A DNA stretch of 64,000 bases from Lama glama (taxonomy: Eukaryota). The stretch lies in NCBI GenBank assembly GCA_028534125.1, contig CM052832.1, positions 17,920,001 to 17,984,000 of the forward strand, written 5' to 3'. Under the pieces are notes generated by a model. It was given only the letters and a program-made list of their open reading frames with translations, ran no database searches and was not told the origin of the DNA. Shown here piece after piece: positions 63,106-64,000 of this stretch (position 1 is the stretch's first letter; each line of letters begins with the position of its first letter). A program made the position numbers and the translations under genes.

Positions 63106-64000
63106 ATAAATGCTAATTTAACAAAATCATAATAATGCATCTATATCTGAATCTATATTCTGGATCCAGTTTTTCATTAGGTGTATGTAATACAAATATA
63201 TTCTCTAAGATTTCCCTTCTACTTGCTTACTGGTGACTAGTAATGAACAATAGTTTCCCATGTTGAAGTCTAATATATAAATACAGCTTTTCTTTTGTGG
63301 TGACTGCTTTTTATGCTCTGTTTTAGGAATTCTTGTATACTCCAAAGTCATGAAAATATTATCCTAAGTTATCTTTCAGAAGTATTGCTTTACCTTTTAT
63401 GTTTAAATATACATTTCATCTGATTGCGTCTTTTATATGTTGTGATTCATTTATTTCTGTAATAGCCAATTGAACAACCAATTTATTGAATTTCGATTTA
63501 TTGAAAAGAATTGTCTTTCCCTAGTGCACAGCAGTGTCACCCTTGTTTTAAATCAAGTGACTGCGTAAGTGGGTCTGGTTAGGATGCATTCTTCTGTTCC
63601 ATTAGTTTATTTATCCATCCCTGAGGGTTCTTTTTTTTTTTTTTCTTTCAGAAAGCTTCAATTTATAAAGTCTGATGTACATTCACAAGCACATTACTTG
63701 GAGCTTCAGATCTTGTTGAAAGCATCAATGTTGACACTCACATATCCCTAGAACTTGGGAATCTTCTCTTCCCTCAAGTCTGGTATCACTTTGTCATCTT
63801 CCTCCACACATTTTATATGCGTCCTGGGGGCATTGTTTGGAGTTGCCTAGACCAGCCAGCTCAGCTAAATGGAGCAAAAATGAGCCCCCAGCCGCGTAAG
63901 CTTTGTTGGTATCATCATTTCAGGGTTTGATGTCTCGGAGGATGGAGGACTCGAACATGGGCTCTTTGATCCTATTCTTGTCATTTTGCCCCAGCAGTTC

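Overview
Mammalian, AT-rich, non-coding DNA containing a dense tRNA gene cluster. I find 19 full-length tRNA genes: Ile-TAT, Thr-CGT, Leu-CAA x3, iMet-CAT x2, Lys-TTT x2, Asp-GTC, Arg-TCT, Ser-AGA x4, Ser-TGA x2 and Gln-CTG x2. Five of them carry introns, and two (Asp-GTC and one Leu-CAA) look damaged. There are also three decayed tRNA relics (Leu, Lys, Gln). From memory, the gene order resembles part of the major tRNA cluster on human 6p22.1, read in reverse; I did not compute this. tRNA-derived SINEs of the Vic-1 type suggest a camelid genome. The spacers hold L1, LTR, DNA-transposon and MIR remnants, simple repeats and one 100-N assembly gap. No credible protein-coding gene is present, and I found no convincing new biological system. 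The most unusual items are an in-phase 18-bp telomere-like array (37729-38140), an initiator tRNA with A20G, gene-conversion-like homogenisation between inverted Ser-AGA copies, paralogous tRNA flanks recording the cluster's duplication history, and a scrambled L1 insertion.
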